Assembly (NCBI GenBank): GCA_964016885.1
Contig: OZ024743.1
Location: forward strand, 82,026,001-82,090,000
Origin: Eledone cirrhosa
Taxonomy: Eukaryota
DNA length: 64,000 nucleotides
Direction: 5' to 3'
Shown here one piece after another: positions 46,560-59,712 of this stretch. The position numbers and the translations under genes are program-made. A model generated the notes under the pieces. The model was not told the origin of the DNA. It was given only the letters and a program-made list of their open reading frames with translations, and ran no database searches. Each line of letters starts with the position of its first letter. The first letter of the stretch is position 1.

Positions 46560-48299
46560 ACTAATTTTTCCTTCTTTTTCTTTATTCCATTCTTTCTTTC
46601 TTTCTTTCCTTACTTCGTTCCTTTCTTTCCTTCTTTCTCCTCTTCTTTCTTTCCTTCTTTCTTCCTCCCTCCTTTTATTTCCTTCTTTCTTAATCTCTCT
46701 TTTGTCACGGGTGATGGTCACAAACGGAAGCGTGTTATATGAAGGGGTGGCACCTTAACATCTCTCATGATAGTGATGATGATGGTGAGGATGATATGAT
46801 GATGTATGGCGTGAATAACTAACAAGAACATCACCACCACCACCTACATAGCAACCAGCACCACCAACATAGCAACCAGCACCACCACCAACAACAACAA
46901 CAACACTACTACCAAAACAACACCAACAACACTACTACCAAAACAACACCAACAACAACAGCAACAAGAACACTACTACCAAAACAACAACAACAACACT
47001 ACTACCAAAACAACACCAACAACAACAGCAACAACAACACTACTACCAGAACAACAACAACAACAACAACAACACTACTACCAGAACAACAACAACAACA
47101 ACAACAACACTACTACCAGAACAACAACAACAACAACAACACTACCAGAACAACAACAACAACAACAACAACACCAACAACAACACTACTACCAAAACAA
47201 CACCACCACCAACAACAACAACAACAACAACAACACCAATATTTTCGAGACGTTTTTCGGGTTAAAAAGTTATGGAAAATGGCTGATAAGTGATTAGCTT
47301 GGGGCAACACTGTGAAGGAGGTCGTGATGGATGAGAAGACTGCGGTAGTTAAGGGCCATAACCTGGAGAGGTTATCTCCCCTATATATGGTCAGAATGTC
47401 CGATATTTGGTGGGGTGGCGGGGGTCAAAGAATGGCGAAAACTATGTTTGAAGGACTTGTCCAGTGTGTCTACATAACACCATGGGAATAGTCTTATACG
47501 GAACAGCTGATATCACGTGTAGTGGAGGGGGGTGGAGAAGTGAGTGGTGGGGTGGGGTGTGGGGATGGGGGTGGAGTAGTGAGTGTAGGGGTGGAGTGGT
47601 GAGTGGTGGTGGTGATGAGTGGGGAGTGTTGGGGGTGATGAGTGGGGTGTGTGGAGTACTGAGTGTTGGCGGGTTGGTGAGTGGAGAGTGTGGGGTGATC
47701 AGTGGGAAGTGTGGGGTGGTGAGTGGTGGAGTGGTGCAGTATTCCAGTCCATTGTGCCGACTAACCCGACCGTGTGTCATTAGCAAAAGAGCACACAGGT
47801 AGTTTGTCTTGGACTTTGGACTGGCTTTGGTGGCCTTTGAGTTGGTTGACGTGGAATGGAGGTCTAGCGGTGGTTGTGGTGGGAGTGGTGGTGGTGTCGT
47901 GGTGGTGATGATGGTGGTGGTGTTCTGGTGGTAGTGTTGTGGTGGTGATGCTGTTGCTGGTGATGTTGTTGTTGTTGTTGTTGTTGTGGTGGTGGTGGTG
48001 CTGGTGCTAGTGGTGGTGATGGTGGTGGAGTTGCTGGTTGTATTGCGGTGGTATTGCTGCTGTGGTGCTGGTGAAGGCTATTGGTGGTGGTGGTGTTGGT
48101 GGTGGTGGTGGTGATGTGGTGGTGCGAGTGGTGGTGGTGTTGGTGGTGGCGGTGGAGAGGTTTGGAAGCAGTCGAGGTCAAGTAGTTTCCTTACTAACTA
48201 AACTCTTATCACCTTCCTCGAGTATCACTTCAAACTGAAAGTGAAAATAGACAGAGAAAGAAATAGTGAGTGTGTGAGAGAGAGGAAGAGAGAGATAAC

Positions 48300-48335
<36 letters not shown>

Positions 48336-48425
48336 TAAAAGGAAAGAGAAATGAGTGAGGATGTGTATGTGTGAAAAAGAGAAAAAGACTGATCGAGTGT
48401 GTGGGTGTTTATGAAAAGTGATATC

Positions 48426-48515
<90 letters not shown>
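46505..48515. repeat. Mosaic of (CTTT)n, (CAA)n, GT-rich, (GGT)n and (TG)n tracts
   Basis: Direct reading. Confidence 0.9.
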
Positions 48516-48517
<2 letters not shown>

Positions 48518-48892
48518 ATAAAAAAGAGGAAAGTGAAGAGAAGTATAAAAGAGAGAGAATAAATAATAAAGAGAGAAACAACCTATCATTGATTATATAC
48601 CTCACTATATAATCACTTGCCTCTTCCAAAAGTAAAAATGTCCTTCAACCTATTCTCTACTTTCACTTTTAAATATCCTTACAATTTCTAGAAAGACGGG
48701 GACAGTTCTTTCGGCCAGCTACATCCCACACTTTCATTCTGTCCATTCCTCAAGCCTTTGTGTTTGAAGAGGGTTTTCAATGAAGTGATATTATCGGTCA
48801 GACACACGAATGTCTTACACAGTTTTTATTTACAATGCCCAGCAAGTTAGCTTCTATCCGAACCAGTGACAGAATATCTTTCGTGCTTCATA

Positions 48893-49082
48893 ATTGTTTC
48901 TACTTTTGGCACAAGGCCAGCAATTACCCAGTACATTACTGGTACTTTATTTTATCGACCCCGTAAGGATGAAAGGCAAAGTTAACCTCGACGGGATTTG
49001 AACTCAGATCATAAAGGGCTGTAACTCTATGCGTCAAAGCATGGCGTCCGACCCTCTACCGATACTGCCAATCCACCGCCCC
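48893..49082 (-). mobile_element. Full-length SINE family A
   Basis: Close reverse complement of 8661-8858. Confidence 0.9.
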
Positions 49083-50314
49083 TTCATAATGTTGCCTTAT
49101 TCACTAAACTTTTACATCTTATCTTCAATACTAGAATTAAATTATTTTATATATTTCCACGGGGATTGCAATTCGCATTAAATGTATATAGATCTGTCTT
49201 TATCTTATATATATATATATATCTTCTAACATACAAGTATTTAAGGAACACGCCGAGTACTACGATAACGCCCTTAGTAAAGCAGGCTACCTCAACAAAA
49301 TAGAGTACATAGAGGGGAACAATCAAAACACCCAAAATAAATCCCACATAGGTAGATATAATAACACAACACCAAACCACACTTACTACCATAGTATGCA
49401 CACCAGTAAACCAACAAACAAAACTAATAGAAAGCGATGCAAAGAGTACTTATGGTATAACCCCTAATACAATAGCTCCATTAGTACAAATTTACCAGTA
49501 CTCTTCTTTAAAATAATTAAAAGACATTTTCCCACATCACACAAATACCACAAAATCCTAAACCCTACCACTATAAGACTGTCATACTCTACAGCGTTAA
49601 ACCTTGAACAACACATAAAAAAGATCAATACTAGAAGGTTAAACGAAAACACTAAGAACTTAAGTACAAAGAACACAAAAAAAACAGTAGACAATACACT
49701 ACAGAACATAAATAAACCACACCTAAGTTCGTCCGCAATACTACTCCAGAGAAAACCCAACGTACACAACTGTAACTGCACCTATCCTGACAACTGCCCC
49801 CTCGGCAATAACTGCCTGGAAAAAAATATTATTTATAAGTGTACCATTAAATCCGGAGGCAACGAGTGGTATTACGTGGGATCAACGGCAACATCGTTTA
49901 AATCTCGATTGTATAGGCATTCTTACTCAATAAAACACCAGAGCCAAAGAAATGTAACAACTTTAGCAGAAAAAGCTTGGACGCTCAGGGATAGCGACCA
50001 AAAGTTTACCCTAAAATGGGAAAAATTAGCTAAAACCCAAAGCTTTTCCAGGAGCCAAAATTTCTGCAAATTGTGTAATCTTGAGATTTATTACATAATC
50101 ACACACAAGAAGAAACTGCTGAATAACAGAATTGAACGAACATTATTCTGCCGTCACAGAACTAAAACCCTTTTTTCCCACTACAAGCCGAATATTACAT
50201 AAAAGAGGGACATCCCCCAACTATATAAACCTTAATCTAGTTAGAAAAATATAAAAACAATCTCTTCTCAACATATATTAATAACCTTAAATTACCATAC
50301 TAATAATGAAAAGA

Positions 50315-50372
50315 TATGCTGATGAGAATAGGTACAAATATGCGATAATGAATGTGTCTAAAAACGTCCATA
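50315..50372 (+). ncRNA. Degenerate hammerhead motif
   Basis: uaug-CUGAUGA..uagguac/gugucua..AAAACGUC-caua; the G of GAAA is missing. Confidence 0.4.
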
Positions 50373-50523
50373 AGTATGTATATATATGTGAAAATGTATA
50401 TAAATAAGTAAATATATATATATGTTTGATGTGTATAGTTAGATGTAAGTGTATTCATGTATTAAAGTGCTTATATATATGTATATATGTATGTATGTGT
50501 ATATGTATATATATGTATGTATG

Positions 50524-50562
<39 letters not shown>

Positions 50563-51152
50563 GTGTATATATATATATATATATATGTGTGTATGTATAT
50601 ATGTGTATATGGATGTGTATGTATGTGTATGTGTGTACACATGGACTAGAGTATGTATGTATATATGTGTGTGTCTATACGTGTGTATATAAAGATAAGT
50701 TGAGTATGAAAATGTATACACATGAGCGCGTATGTATGTACATGAATACATGTGTGTATATATATGTGTATGCATGTGTATATATATGTAAGTATGAATA
50801 TGTGAATTGTGAGTATATGTATTTTGTAGAGGTGTGCAAATATATTTGTGTGAATGCGTGGGTGAAAGGATACGTACACTTGAAAGAAAAATTTAAGTCT
50901 GAATGTTAATTAAGTGCAAACACAAAACCAACCACGCATATCTTTACTATCTCTAATCCTTCTATAGATTTAGAAAAATAACCAATAATATATTCTATAA
51001 AAAATGTCAAAACAACAGATGGGAATCTAATTACTCACTGCCACCAAGAATTCTCACTGCTATCGAAAAACCACTCCTTCAACTATTCTTCTAACAACTT
51101 CACCCCTCCCTCCTAATATTCTCTATAAAAACTAAATAGGTCCTCAGTAATA

Positions 51153-51269
51153 TTATTCTGATGAAATGACAGTAAATAATAACATTGAAATATTGAATGT
51201 GTGCATAACTAAAAGTTTGTAGATAGCTGTTTTAGGTTATGTAACTGTTATAGAAACACGTGTCAATAA
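51153..51269 (+). ncRNA. Type I hammerhead ribozyme with enlarged, branched stem II
   Basis: uuauu-CUGAUGA-a-augacagu..acuguuau-a-GAAAC-acgu-GUC-aauaa. Confidence 0.75.
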
Positions 51270-51416
51270 ATTCCTTTCAACTAAACTGTATCCATTCAAA
51301 TCTTTCTATTTTTCTCCGGATTACATTTGGAACTACAACTGGAACCGTCGAGCAAACTCTACGTGAGCTGATAATCTACTGTGTGTAATATTTATATTAC
51401 AACACAACGGAAAATA

Positions 51417-51491
<75 letters not shown>

Positions 51492-51751
51492 ACTTAGTAA
51501 AATCGAATCTCTGGCGGTGTGCAAGCAAATTCGGCCTACTATATGAATGAGTTAGCAAAGCACTCGACAAGGTAGGTCCTTAGAGTACAAACATACGTTT
51601 AAATAGCTTGACAAATTGAACATTGTGGTAGGCAAAATCTAACACACAATATACCAAAGTAACGAAAGAACTAACAGGTTGAGAAAAATACACCTGGACA
51701 AATCAAACGTTATACGTTTCTATGAATCCGAAATCAAATATCAGACTTACG

Positions 51752-51794
<43 letters not shown>

Positions 51795-51843
51795 ATACTT
51801 GGGGAGGGTCATATTTGTGTTATAATATTGCCAAAATTAATAA

Positions 51844-53572
51844 CAGAACACACTCACTGTTTGGTTGGTTTTCGCTTCTGTGTCTTTTATATCAGTTAAT
51901 TTAATTTATTCGGTCCTCAATGTTACCATTGACTGACCAACGGTCAAAAATACAGATACAATATAGACACAAACACATATATATAGTCTAACAATGCTCT
52001 TTCGTTGCACATCTGCAACATCGTCAGTGGTGTTATTATGTTTCCTCCTGTCTACGCCATCTTTATTTAATCCGTTTATTTATGTATTTATTTATTTTTG
52101 TCTTCTTCTCTGCGCATGCGTTTGCGTGTGTATATAGTGTTTGATGTGTGTTCGTGTTTGGGTGACTGTGTCTTGGTTATTGTATTCTATCTTAGTTTAC
52201 TAGTGTGTGTTTATATGTGTTTGTTGTTATTGTGCTTGTGTATTTATTTATTTATTTATTTATTTATACTTCTCTTAGGTCAGTATTGTTTGTTTGGGTG
52301 TTGTTGTTATTCCATTCATTTTTTTCTGTTTAGCTTTGGCCTTCTAAGTTCTATTGCGCTGGCCTCTCTGATTTGCTTATCTGCTGGGTCATTTCTATGT
52401 TTAGATATTATTCTAATTTCTATGTTGTCTATGTTACCGTCGTGTTGTTGTCTGGCGTGTTCGTATAGTAGTGAACCGTTTTTAGGTCCTTTTAGTTCCC
52501 CCCATTGTTGGTCTATCCTTTCACCTATGCTACGAGCTGTCTCACCTATGTATGTTGTTGTCATGTTTCTGCAAGTACCCTCTGTACATCTTATACTATA
52601 GACTACGTTTCTAGTTTTACAGTTTATCCGGAGGTTTACTTTACATATAATATATTTCCTATTAGTACAGTGGGTTTTCTTAAAAGGGCAGGTTTTGCTG
52701 ATCAGGGATTTTATGGTGGTTCCTGGCTTTTCTACCACCTTAATCTTTAAGTGGGTCTTTCTCAGGGCCTTTCTACACTGGTTAGCTAATTTCCCTCCAG
52801 GGGTAGCGTTCACGAACGTGACACTCTGGTATCTCTGGTTGTCGTACCATGAGGTGGCTTTCCCTATCTTATGTCTAGTCCTATCTAAGCTATTCCATGA
52901 TTTTCTCCTGTATAATCGGCAAATTCCTTTCATGTCCAGTTCTATGAGGGTCTTATACTTCTCCGTGGCTCCTTCGTTTACTCTGATTCTGTCTCTTTGA
53001 TTGTAGCCAGAGAACTGCATGCGGTTGATGAAGTGTTGGATGTGTCTTTCCATTTCTGTTGGGTCGCACATGCGGGACACGTTCTTCATCACTCGTACCA
53101 AGTCTGCGATCAGAATATTAAACTTAGCACTACTGGACATTGCTGAGTTTTTGAGTATCAGGTATTTAGAGGCCATGGGTTTAGCGTAGTGTGAGTAGAG
53201 ATTTTGGGCTCTCTCGTCTATAGTGTTAATCCAGAGTTCCGTGTCTAATACAGGTAGTCTATTGTTAGGGTGTTTGGAGGGGTAGTCGATAGTTACAGTT
53301 ATACTCTGGTGTATGGAATTAGCTATCTGCTGGTTGCTTTCCAATGTGCTACGTTCTAAATCAAACTTGTTAGTACTCTCTTGTGGGGGTGTCCTTATTA
53401 CTATATTGATGTCGTCTACGTAACGAGAGTACATCATGAGGTCTATGGAGCACTCATCAAGAAGATCTTTGAGTCTCCTTTCCCACCATACTATAAAAAG
53501 GTTGGCAACCTCACCAGCTCTGCTGACGCCAATGACTGCTCCCTCATTTTGGGTGTAGGTCTTCTCGTTGAA
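51844..53572 (-). mobile_element. 5'-truncated PLE with an uninterrupted RT-to-GIY-YIG frame (52316 to ~53572)
   Basis: YTQNEGAVIG..EVANLF..YSRYVDD..LPVLD..YAKPM..CKTRNVVYSIRC..C..YIGETARSIGERI..H..H..IREASAI..PKLN. Confidence 0.93.
51970..52037 (-). ncRNA. Hammerhead-like motif in PLE 3' UTR
   Basis: CUGACGA-u-guugca-gaug-ugcaac-GAAA; stems I and III imperfect. Confidence 0.5.
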
Positions 53573-53685
53573 TTTATTAATTCTGGCAATATGACCCTCC
53601 CCAAGTATAACAATATTTGTTTCGACACACGATTTCATATCAAAAACCTCGTAAAACTATATATATATATATATTTAATATAGAA

Positions 53686-53737
53686 AGGCTTCTACAGGAC
53701 TAGAATAGTTCCATTCGGGAGAAATCACCAGGAAGCC
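53686..53737 (-). ncRNA. Mutated hammerhead of the same family as 59136-59240
   Basis: ggcuuc-CUGGUGA-uuucucccgaau-GGAAC..cuGUA-gaagcc. Confidence 0.55.
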
Positions 53738-53744
53738 CTGATGA

Positions 53745-53962
53745 TAATAATTGTTTCTAATTTAGGCACAAGGACTGCAATATTGAGGAGAGGAAAGTCG
53801 GTTAAATTGACCTCAATGCATTACTGGTATTTTATTTTATCGACCCCCGTCAGGATGAAAGACAAAGCTAAACTTGGGATTTGAAATCAGAACGTAAAAG
53901 GCTGCAACTAAATGCCTCACGGCAGGTTGTCCGGCGCTCTACTAACTGAGTTAATCCACAGC
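53745..53962 (-). mobile_element. SINE family A (diverged)
   Basis: Reverse complement of core and tail. Confidence 0.75.
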
Positions 53963-53974
53963 GATAATGATTAT

Positions 53975-54690
53975 AACAACAACAATAGTATCAACACCAA
54001 CAACAACACCAACAACAACACCGACACCAACAACAACACCAACAACACCACCACCAACAACGACAACAACAACAACACCACCACCAACAACAGCACAGCA
54101 CTACCAACACCAACAACAACAAAAGTACCAACAACAGCACCAACAACAACCACTACCACAGCCAGCACTACCACCAAGAACACCAGCTTCAACATCAACC
54201 CCCCCCCCCCCCCCACGCACACACACACCAGTACCACCAACACCAACAACAACAACAACACCAACACCACCACTATCAACAACACCACCACCAACAACCG
54301 AAACACCAACACCAACACCAAGAGCACCAACAACAACAACAACAACAACAACACCACCACCAACACCAACACCACCAACACCAACACCACCACCAACAAC
54401 AACACCACCAACACCAACAACACCAACACCACCACCAACAACAACACCACCACCATCACCAACACCAACAACAACACCAACAACACCAACACCACCAACA
54501 CCACCAACACCAACACCAACAACAACACCACCAACAACACCAACACCACCACCAACAACAACACCACCACCACCACCAACACCAACAACAACACCAACAA
54601 CACCAACAACACCAACACCACCAACAACAACACCACACCAACAACAACACCACCAACAACAACACCACACCACCAACACCAACAACAACA
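53975..54690. repeat. (CAA/CAC)n low-complexity tract
   Basis: Direct reading. Confidence 0.95.
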
Positions 54691-54879
54691 AATAAAAGAT
54701 AATGAATCTAGGAGAAAATGAAAAAAAAAATCTGCGATACTAAAATCAATTAGTTGAATGAAAGATTAGATTAGTATGAAGAAAGTTTTAAGTAACTTTA
54801 ATAACAAGACTAGAATGTCCCTCTAATAATACAACCTATATTAATAGTTATTAGTTGTTTTAACAATTATAGGCATAAC

Positions 54880-55175
54880 GCTACATATCTAAATCCCTAC
54901 TCTGCACTGCCCTACAATTTACTAAGACTTAGAACCTACTATAGAAGATAACGTTATTGAGATTATCTTGCACGCTAGCAAAACCTTAGACTCCGTTTGG
55001 GTTCAAAAATGTCTGATACAGCTGGTTCATTTGATGTAAGTATGGAGGCGTACAAGGATTATATATCCCAGATGTACCAAACAAGAAATTTACTTCAATA
55101 ATTAGACGTCGGCTTATATAGAGACGATGGGCTGATTATAGCCAAGTATGCCAACAGACAGAATTTCGACCGTTA
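54880..55175 (+). mobile_element. PLE RT fragment
   Basis: IEIILHASK..FDVSMEAY..VGLYRDDGLII. Confidence 0.65.
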
Positions 55176-55177
55176 TA

Positions 55178-55215
<38 letters not shown>

Positions 55216-55509
55216 CACCAAACTGGCCAAAAGCGGCTTTTGTATGAAATAAAACCACCCATTTTAAAAGGGTCCTATTTAAATTAAAATCTCCCAACGT
55301 GATTTTATATAAGAACCATATGTTAAGTTATTTTTTTAGCAATGAAAAATTAATTTTAGTAAATCCCACAAAATTCTTCATTAATTAATTAAAATAGATG
55401 TTTCAATAGAAATAAGATCGTGAAATAAACCTCATTATCTGAAAATTTAGGACTTTCAGACATTGTAATAGAGTTGGCTAGGATATGATGGTAATAAAGA
55501 CTATATGAA

Positions 55510-55820
55510 GATAGAAAGAGAGAAAGGGAGAAAGACAGAAAGACAGAAAGAATGAGATAAAGAAAGAGAAAGAGTAAAAAAGAAAGAGATAAAGAAGACG
55601 AAGAAAGAAGGAAAGAAAGAAAGAGGGAGAAAGAAAGAGAAAAGAAAGAAAGGAAAAAGAGAGAAAGAAAGAAAGAGATAAAGAAAGAGATAAAGAAAGA
55701 GGAAGAAAGAAGGAAAGAAAGAAAGAGAAAAGAAAGAAAGGGGGAAAGAAAGTGAGAAAGAAAAAGAGAAAGAAAGAATGAAAGAAAGAAAGAAAGAAAG
55801 AATGAAGAATAAAAAGAAAG
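55510..55820. repeat. (GAAA)n-rich polypurine tract
   Basis: Direct reading. Confidence 0.9.
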
Positions 55821-55939
55821 ACCCGGTTTCACGATTAACATTCAATCTGAGGATAAGAATTGAACCCAATGGCTGTGTATTTGACATGACGAATGTATGT
55901 AGCTTAATGGCGTATATAGTATAGATACGTGAAGAAAAT

Positions 55940-56430
55940 CTCATCTATCGACTTCGGAACATAGAGAGATGATGGGTTATTTCTAAAGACAACAATGGCC
56001 ATATACAAGACTTAGAACTGAAATAGATATTTACTTTCTTCTGACTTAAAATAAGACGACCTCACTAAAGCTGATTATTTAGCCACAGATCTCACTCAGT
56101 TTAAGATATAAGTAACTAGAGTACCGATAGAAGGGATACTTCAGCCCTCATATAGGTTTTAATAACCAGGTAGACATTGATAGCAGTATATCCAGGTAGA
56201 CATTGATAGCAATATATCCAGGTAGACATTGATAGCAATATATCCAGGAAGACATTGATAGCAATATATCCAGGTAGACATTGATAGCAATATATCCAGG
56301 TAGACATTGATTGCAATATATCCAGGTAGACATTGATAGCAGTATATCCAGGTAGACAACATTAATATATCACCTAATAAGGACATATTTAACAACTCTG
56401 CGCCCTTCTACAGAGGAAGTTACAAATATT
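55940..56430 (+). mobile_element. Highly decayed PLE RT remnants interrupted by a minisatellite
   Basis: FGT*RDDGLF near 55955-55982; INISPNKDIFNNSAPFY near 56361-56410. Confidence 0.4.
56166..56358. repeat. 26-bp minisatellite x7
   Basis: ccaggtagacattgatagcaatatat. Confidence 0.93.
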
Positions 56431-56860
56431 CGATCATTAAGTCGGATAAAAGAAAATATTTCCATTGGGTTTTTCAATGCTGATATCTGCCGGTGAGAAA
56501 CCCTGACGGAAAGGGCCCCATAAAGCAGTTTGTTCAAGAACACAACACGTCACCAGATCCAGGAAAGGAGACCACCACCATATAATCGTGAGTCCAACAT
56601 ACAACAAACTAGGTCATATGCTTTCCTAACCCTACTAAAATGTAGAGTCAAGAAGTTGGAATATCTGCGCAACACCCTTTAAATATAAAACAAAAACAAA
56701 AGACAAAGGAACTAATGTTTGGCATCTGATTCTCATTCAATATCAAATATTAAACTAAAATATTAGGTAAGACTGCCATTGCCACCTCACACTGCTTCGT
56801 GTGTAAAGAACAAAGATATATGAAACTAGCTGTCGAAACGGCAACAGCTCAGCCCCCCAC

Positions 56861-56898
<38 letters not shown>

Positions 56899-57449
56899 AC
56901 TTGCAACTTTTTATTGCTTCTCTAACAGACTTTACCCAATTTTATAATCTATTTTATGACAATTAACTGTAGTTGCAGTTATTTTCTACAACACCTGAGT
57001 ATCCCATATCTTCTATAAATTTGTTCCCTCAGCGTTTTCTAGGTTCGAAACATCGAGTTTCGCACATGAGATGTTTTATTTATATGACTCTCGTGCTATA
57101 AGAGACACCACAATTTTCCCCTGGCGTTATATAAAATTCTATGTCTACATGTTGCAGCTTAATTGTTATAAATTAATGTTTTCTCTCTCGTTTTTACTCC
57201 TCTTAACAGCGTTTGGCTTGTGTCAGATTCCGGGTGCACTAGCAGGACTGTTGTTAGGGGGTGCACTAGCTGTACCGTTGTTATGGGTCCAAACTGCCAA
57301 AGTCCCTTTCCACGGCCGATGACCCTGCAATTCTCTTCCTTCATTTGTATTTTTTTTAAATAATTTTTAAAGGTTTCCCATAAAAAAAATGTTTTTCGTT
57401 TTGCCTTGGTTTCGTCCGTTGTTTTATCCTCTCTTTGTTATTTTAAGTT

Positions 57450-57491
<42 letters not shown>

Positions 57492-57530
57492 GTGTGTGTG
57501 CGTGTGTGTGTGTGTGCGCGCGCGTGTGTC

Positions 57531-57563
<33 letters not shown>

Positions 57564-57608
57564 CGCGGTGTGTGTTTATATTTATATATATATACATACA
57601 CACGCGCG

Positions 57609-57671
<63 letters not shown>

Positions 57672-57726
57672 GTGTGTGTGTGTGCGTGTGCGCGTGTGTG
57701 TATATATATATGTGTGTGTGTGTATG

Positions 57727-58505
57727 TACCAAACTTCAGCATGACATCCTGGATGCATCTTTGATTCAATGATTGGAACCCCACAGACTTTTTTTTATCA
57801 CAAAGAAAGGAAATTTGAGGGATATTAATATCACATACTCCTTACACAACACCTGTTACCTTTCGGATCATGCACTCCCTCGTAGCAAGTCGTCATTCCA
57901 GCTTGCCCATAGGAGACTCCAAAAATCATCTATACTTAGCCGCATTAAAACTGAACCTTTGAAAATCCATTAGAAACAAACTGAGATCTGCAACAAACTG
58001 GACACAGCTCTCGACTCTGTTGAGAACACTGAAGACATTGAATCATCTTGGAAGGCTCTCCAGAATACAACACACGGTGCATCCCTAGAAGTTCTCGGAC
58101 TGTTTGGAAGCACCAGGATTGGTTTGATGGTAACATCAAAGTCCGGTTGTTCTAACAAATGCACAGCTCCCATGAAGCGTGGATAAGAACTCGTTGATGA
58201 AACAGCAGACATATAAAAGGTGCAAGATTCAGGTTCAATATGCTCCCAGGAAAATGAAAGGGGCTTGATGGTCTGCAAAGGCTAATAAGTTCCAACATTT
58301 TGTAGATAGCAAGGACTCTAAGGCCTTCTATGATGGCCTAAGGAAGGTGTTTGGTCCTCAAGAGAATGGTGTTTCGTGGATTCTCTCATCTGATGGGCAG
58401 ACATATCTGACAGATAAGTCGAACATCTTGAAAAGATGGAAAGAGCTCTTTGAAACATTCATGACGACGTTTTAGCTTCAATTACCCAACATCCTGATAT
58501 TCCTG
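57727..58505 (+). mobile_element. RTE-type LINE internal fragment (end of APE domain and linker)
   Basis: TSWMH..LRDINIT..SDHALPRSK; FVDSKDSKAFYDGLRKVFGP..SSDGQTYLTDKSNILKRWKELF. Confidence 0.8.
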
Positions 58506-58646
58506 AAATTTATAATAAACGAACCCAAATTTTACATGTTTGACTTACTTATTTTACGATACTCCGGAGTAAACAAACCAACCTGCGTACTTCGTCGAGT
58601 GCTCCAATCTGCATACTGAGGTGTCGGTAAACAACCAACATATACT

Positions 58647-58688
<42 letters not shown>

Positions 58689-59081
58689 TCCGTGGGTACC
58701 TAGTACCTACTGGGATATCTATATCATTTATCTAATTCTCCTTAATATAGAGAAAAAAATGCTGTATCATGCTGCTATTTCTAGCAGCATGAAATATCAG
58801 AGAGTCTATAATTCCCGCTTTTTCTAACGGTCCAATAAGTGTGTGGGTCATTTTAACGGCTTGATTCATTCACTGGGCAGAGGGTGATATATCTACATCT
58901 ATATGGACTTATGTCTAGTAGATTTGGAAAAGCTATCTGAAGAGCTATATCTTTCCATTGGAAATTCTCTGAATTTCCAATCTTTTGATAAGCGAAACGG
59001 TCGGTCATGGCACTAGAAGAGGTAAATATTTAAATCGTATTTTAATTTATTTGAAAGATTGTTTAATGTTTACTTGTTCCG

Positions 59082-59122
<41 letters not shown>

Positions 59123-59135
59123 TTAATATAGATGA

Positions 59136-59184
59136 GATTCTACAGGACTAGAACTGTTTCATTCTTTAGAAATCATCAGGAATC
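59136..59184 (-). ncRNA. Type I hammerhead ribozyme (left arm of palindrome)
   Basis: gauuc-CUGAUGA-uuucuaaagaau-GAAACAG-uucuaguc-CUGUA-gaauc. Confidence 0.8.
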
Positions 59185-59191
59185 ATCAGGA

Positions 59192-59240
59192 GATTCCTGA
59201 TGATTTCTAAAGAATGAAACAGTTCTAGTCCTGTAGAATT
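59192..59240 (+). ncRNA. Type I hammerhead ribozyme (right arm of palindrome)
   Basis: Same motif on +: CUGAUGA 59197-59203, GAAA 59216-59219, GUA 59233-59235. Confidence 0.8.
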
Positions 59241-59323
59241 TCATCTATATTAAAACTTTTATACTCTGCAATGTATTGAGTACCTTACTTACTGTGGTTA
59301 CCTCCGATTCAACCCGGAATAAC

Positions 59324-59361
<38 letters not shown>

Positions 59362-59635
59362 AAGGTATATATTGAGTTAGAAACTCAAAATAGTCTCTTA
59401 CAATAAATTAGCTCCAGGAAAGAGATTTTTCCGAGCCGTAAATATAACTGAACTTGAATATATTCTGCTCCGTTAATTCGTCGAGCTAATTCAAATGTCG
59501 AGTAGACTCGGCTGCTATTTTTATTGGCGTGAGTTTGTGAGACACCCTAAGTTCTGATGCCAGGTGCGTTCTATATAAACACACTATCCAGTTTTTTAAG
59601 ATACTTAGAAGTGACCAGGATACTAATATTACGTT

Positions 59636-59712
59636 ACCCGCTGATGAGCGAGAATATGGTAGTCCTTTTCACAATTAATATTACGAAACAGAATTATCAA
59701 AACTGTCCGGGT
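59636..59712 (+). ncRNA. Type I hammerhead ribozyme
   Basis: acccg-CUGAUGA-g..aauau/auauu..c-GAAACAG-aauuaucaaaa-CUGUC-cgggu. Confidence 0.82.

Larger units (their letters stand above)
49220..51417 (+). mobile_element. 5'-truncated Hydra-clade-like PLE (RT C-terminus, linker, GIY-YIG, 3' UTR with microsatellites) flanked by (TA)n
   Basis: SSNIQVFKEHAEYYDNALSKAGY..WYNP*YNSSISTN..HFP..HKYHKILN..RLSYS; CNCTYPDNCPLGNNC..IIY..YVGST..FKSR..CKLCNLE..LLNNR..CRH; stop at 50202. Confidence 0.9.
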
